Part shown: positions 59,501 through 64,000 of the stretch, piece by piece
How the letters are laid out: each line of letters opens with the position of its first letter
Numbering within the stretch: the first letter of the stretch is position 1
DNA from: Eledone cirrhosa
Lineage: Eukaryota
Reading direction: 5' to 3'
Length of the DNA stretch: 64,000 nucleotides
Assembly: GCA_964016885.1 (NCBI GenBank)
Contig: OZ024742.1
Location: forward strand, 373,612,001 to 373,676,000
Made by a program: the position numbers and the translations under genes
Notes under the pieces: generated by a model
The model's input: the letters and a program-made list of their open reading frames with translations, nothing else
Database searches by the model: none
Told to the model about the DNA's origin: nothing

Positions 59501-62500
59501 GGTTTAGTGATTCTAATAACCAGTATATAGAGATGGTATAGTGATTCAAATAACCAGTATAAAGAGAATGGTGTAGTGATTCTAATAACCAGTATATAGA
59601 GATGGTATAGTGATTCTAATAACCAGTATAGAGGGATGGTATAGTGATTCTAATAACCAGTATATATAGTTGGTATAGTGATTCTAATATCCAGTATATA
59701 GAGATCGAATAGTGATTCTAATAACCACTATATAGAGATGCTATAGTGATTCTAATAACCAGTATATAGAGAAGGTATAGTGATTCTAATAACCAGTATA
59801 TAGAGATGGTGTAGTGATTCTAATGACCAGTATATAGAGATGGTTTAGTGATTCTAATAACCAGTATATAGAGATGGTACAGTGATTCTAATAACCAGTA
59901 TATAGAGATGGTATAGTGATTGTAATAACCAGTATATAGAGATGGTATAGTGATTCTAATAACCAGTATATAGAGATGGTATAGTGATTCTAATAACCAG
60001 TTTAGATAGATGGTATAGTGATTCTAATAACCATTATATAGAGATGGTATAGTGATTCTAATAACAGTATATAGAGATGGTACACTGATTCTAATAACCA
60101 GTATATAGAAATGGTATAGTGATTCCAATAACGAGTATATAGAGATGGTATAGTGGCTCTAATAACCAGTATATAGAGATGGTATAGTGATTCTAATAAC
60201 CAGTATATAGAGATGGTATAGTGATTCTAATAACCAGTATAGAGAGATGGTATATTGATTCTAATATCCAGTATATAGAGATGGTATAGTGATTCCAATA
60301 ACCAGTATATAGAGATGGTATAGTGATTCTAATAACCAGTATATAGAGAAGGTATAGTGATTCTAATAACCAGTATATAGAGATGGTATAGTGATTCTAA
60401 TAACAGTATATAGAGATGGTATAGTGATTCTAATAACCAGTATATAGGGATCGTATAGTGATTCTAATAACCAGTATATAGGGATGGTATAGTGATTCTA
60501 ATAACCAGTATATAGAGATGGTATAGTGATTCAAATAACCAGTATATAGAGATGGTATAGTGATTCTAATAACCAGTATATAGAGATGGTATAGTGATTC
60601 TAATAACCAGTATATAGAGAAGGTATAGTGATTCTAATAACCAGTATATAGAGATGCTATAGTGATTCTAATAACAGTATATAGAGATGGTATAGTGATT
60701 CTAATAACCAGTATATAGAGATGCTATAGTGATTCTAATAACAGTATATAGAGATGGTATAGTGATTCTAATAACCAGTATATAGAGATGGTATAGTGAT
60801 TCTAATAACCAGTATATAGAGAAGGTATAGTGATTCTAATAACCAGTATATAGAGATGGTATAGTGATTCTAATAACCAGTATATAGAGATGGTATAGTG
60901 ATTCTAATAACAGTATATAGAGATGGTATAGTGATTCTAATAACCAGTATATAGAGAAGGTACAGTGATTCTAATAACCAGTATATAGAGATGCTATAGT
61001 GATTCTAATAACCAGTATATAGAGATGGTATAGTGATTCTAATAACCAGTATATAGAGATGGTATAGTGATTCTAATAACAGTATATAGAGATGGTATAG
61101 TGATTCTAATAACCAGTATTTAGTGCTGGTATAGTGACTCTAATAACCAGTATAGAGAGATGGTATAGTGATTCTAATAACCAGTATATAGAGATGGTTT
61201 AGTGATTCTAATAACCAGTATATAGAGATGGTATAATGATTCTAATAACCAGTATATAGAGATGGTACAGTGATTCTAATAACCAGTATATAGAGATGGT
61301 ATAGTGATTCTAATAACCAGTTTAGATAGATGGTATAGTGATTCTAATAACCATTATATAGAGATGGTATAGTGATTCTAATAACCAGTTTAGATAGATG
61401 GTATAGTGATTCTAATAACCATTATATAGAGATGGTATAGTGATTGTAATAACCAGTTTAGATAGATGGTATAGTGATTCTAATAACCAGTATATAGAGA
61501 TGGTATAGTGATTGTAATAACCAGTATATAGAGATGGTATAGTGATTCTAATAACCAGTTTAGATAGATGGTATAGTGATTCTAATAACCATTATATAGA
61601 GATGGTATAGTAATTCTAATAACCAGTTTAGATAGATGGTATAGTGATTCTAATAACCAGTATATAGAGATGGTATAGTGATTGTAATAACCAGTATATA
61701 GAGATGGTATAGTGATTCTAATAACCAGTATATAGAGATGGTATAGTGATTCTAATAACCAGTTTAGATAGATGGTATAGTGATTCTAATAACCATTATA
61801 TAGAGATGGTATAGTGATTCTAATAACAGTATATAGAGATGGTACACTGATTCTAATAACCAGTATATAGAGATGGTATAGTGATTCAAATAATCAGTAT
61901 ATAGAGATGGTATAGTGATTCCAATAACCAGTATATAGAGATGGTATAGTGATTCCAATAACCAGTATATAGAGATGGTATAGTGGCTCTAATAACCAGT
62001 ATATAGAGATGGTATAGTGATTCTAATAACCAGTATATAGAGATGGTATAGTGATTCTAATAACCAGTATAGAGAGATGGTATAGTGATTCTAATATCCA
62101 GTATATAGAGATGGTATAGTGATTCCAATAACCAGTATATAGAGATGGTATAGTGATTCTAATAACCAGTATATAGAGATGGTATAGTGATTCCAATAAC
62201 CAGTATATAGAGATGGTATAGTGATTCCAATAACCAGTATATAGAGATGGTATAGTGATTCCAATAACCAGTATATAGAGATGGTATAGTGATTCTAATA
62301 ACCAGTATATAGAGAAGGTATAGTGATTCTAATAACCAGTATATAGAGATGGTATAGTGATTCTAATAACTGTTTATAGAGATGGTATAGTGATTCTAAT
62401 AACCAGTATATAGGGATCGTATAGTGATTCTAATAACCAGTATATAGGGATGGTATAGTGATTCTAATAACCAGTATATAGAGATGGTATAGTGATTCTA

Positions 62501-64000
62501 ATAACCAGTATATAGAGATGGTATAGTGATTCTAATAACAGTATATAGAGATGGTATAGTGATTCTAATAACAGTATATAGAGATGGTATAGTGATTCTA
62601 ATAACCAGTATATAGAGATGCTATAGTGATTCTAATAACCAGTATATAGAGATGGTATAGTGATTCTAATAACCAGTATATAGAGATGGTATAGTGATTC
62701 TAATAACCAGTATATAGAGAAGGTATAGTGATTCTAATAACCAGTATATAGAGATGGTATAGTGATTCTAATAACCAGTATATAGAGATGGTATAGTGAT
62801 TCTAATAACAGTATATAGAGATGGTATAGTGATTCTAATAACCAGTATATAGAGAAGGTATAGTGATTCTAATAACCAGTATATAGAGATGCTATAGTGA
62901 TTCTAATAACAGTATATAGAGATGGTATAGTGATTCTAATAACCAGTATATAGAGATGGTATAGTGATTCTAATAACCAGTATATAGAGAAGGTATAGTG
63001 ATTCTAATAACCAGTATATAGAGATGGTATAGTGATTCTAATAACCAGTATATAGAGATGGTATAGTGATTCTAATAACAGTATATAGAGATGGTATAGT
63101 GATTCTAATAACCAGTATATAGAGAAGGTACAGTGATTCTAATAACCAGTATATAGAGATGCTATAGTGATTCTAATAACCAGTATATAGAGATGGTATA
63201 GTGATTCTAATAACCAGTACATAGAGATGGTATAGTGATTCTAATAACAGTATATAGAGATGGTATAGTGATTCTAATAACCAGTATTTAGTGCTGGTAT
63301 AGTGACTCTAATAACCAGTATAGAGAGATGGTATAGTGATTCTAATAACCAGTATATAGAGATGGTTTAGTGATTCTAATAACCAGTATATAGAGATGGT
63401 ATAATGATTCTAATAACCAGTATATAGAGATGGTACAGTGATTCTAATAACCAGTATATAGAGATGGTATAGTGATTCTAATAACCAGTTTAGATAGATG
63501 GTATAGTGATTCTAATAACCATTATATAGAGATGGTATAGTGATTCTAATAACCAGTTTAGATAGATGGTATAGTGATTCTAATAACCATTATATAGAGA
63601 TGGTATAGTGATTGTAATAACCAGTTTAGATAGATGGTATAGTGATTCTAATAACCAGTATATAGAGATGGTATAGTGATTGTAATAACCAGTATATAGA
63701 GATGGTATAGTGATTCTAATAACCAGTTTAGATAGATGGTATAGTGATTCTAATAACCATTATATAGAGATGGTATAGTAATTCTAATAACCAGTTTAGA
63801 TAGATGGTATAGTGATTCTAATAACCAGTATATAGAGATGGTATAGTGATTGTAATAACCAGTATATAGAGATGGTATAGTGATTCTAATAACCAGTATA
63901 TAGAGATGGTATAGTGATTCTAATAACCAGTTTAGATAGATGGTATAGTGATTCTAATAACCATTATATAGAGATGGTATAGTGATTCCAATAACCAGTA
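56500..64000. repeat. Right array domain with private variants
   Basis: GTTTAGATAGAT, GATCGAATAG, GATTGTAAT, GTGGCTCT, GGTACACTG and TTTAGTGCTGG were seen only here. GGTACAGT and TAAAGAT are scarce. Confidence 0.8.
59930..64000. repeat. About 1.8-2.2-kb tandem duplication continuing to the window edge
   Basis: TAGTGCTGG 61126/63294, GAAGGTACAG 60957/63125 and TTTAGATAG 61763/63931 all give offset 2168. Earlier markers give 1762, 1830 and 1966. Confidence 0.83.

Larger units (their letters stand above)
1..64000. repeat. 34-bp tandem satellite/minisatellite array, about 1,880 monomers, consensus TAACCAGTATATAGAGATGGTATAGTGATTCTAA; family not identified
   Basis: The monomer starts at 1, 35, 69 and continues in the same orientation to the last base. 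Most copies differ from consensus by 0-3 bases. No non-repeat sequence was seen. Confidence 0.99.

Noticed and set aside
61764-61958. 64-aa minus-strand ORF, near-copy of the previous one
   Set aside because: The similarity reflects block duplication within the array, not protein conservation.
1-64000. CRISPR array (34-bp repeat length, short inverted ACCA/TGGT)
   Set aside because: Monomers abut directly with no unique spacers; no leader or cas genes.
1-64000. Telomerase-made telomeric repeat (G-over-C strand bias, TAACC motif)
   Set aside because: The unit is longer than the telomerase repeats I know. Its variants are inherited in kilobase blocks, which points to recombination or replication rather than copying from one RNA template. 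A subtelomeric location is not excluded.
1-64000. Sequencing noise or rolling-circle concatemer artifact
   Set aside because: Multi-base variants recur in conserved order at several nested offsets with block-private changes. Random error or a single circular template would not produce this.
1-64000. TATA-box-like motifs (TATATAG, TATAAAG) and GATA-like sites as promoters
   Set aside because: They are expected in an AT-rich monomer, and there is no downstream gene or other support.
1-64000. Variant order as an information-bearing code or diversity-generating cassette system
   Set aside because: The order is explained by ordinary nested duplication, and no recombinase, reverse transcriptase or expression site is present in the window.

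Overview
The whole 64 kb window is one uninterrupted, head-to-tail, single-orientation tandem array of a 34-bp AT-rich monomer. The consensus is TAACCAGTATATAGAGATGGTATAGTGATTCTAA (10/34 GC, no CpG, one HinfI GANTC site per copy). There are about 1,880 copies, and the array runs off both window edges. I saw no unique sequence, spacers, inversions, genes, RNA genes or mobile elements. The three listed ORFs are translations of the repeat. This looks like a eukaryote-type satellite or very large minisatellite. I do not recognise the family or the organism, and I see no evidence for a new gene-based system. The real information is in the variant monomers (substitutions and 33/35/36-bp units). Their order recurs at offsets close to multiples of 34, which reveals nested duplications from 68 bp to about 10 kb and three domains with different variants. 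Offsets were counted by hand from rare marker variants, and block boundaries are approximate (about 1-3 monomers).
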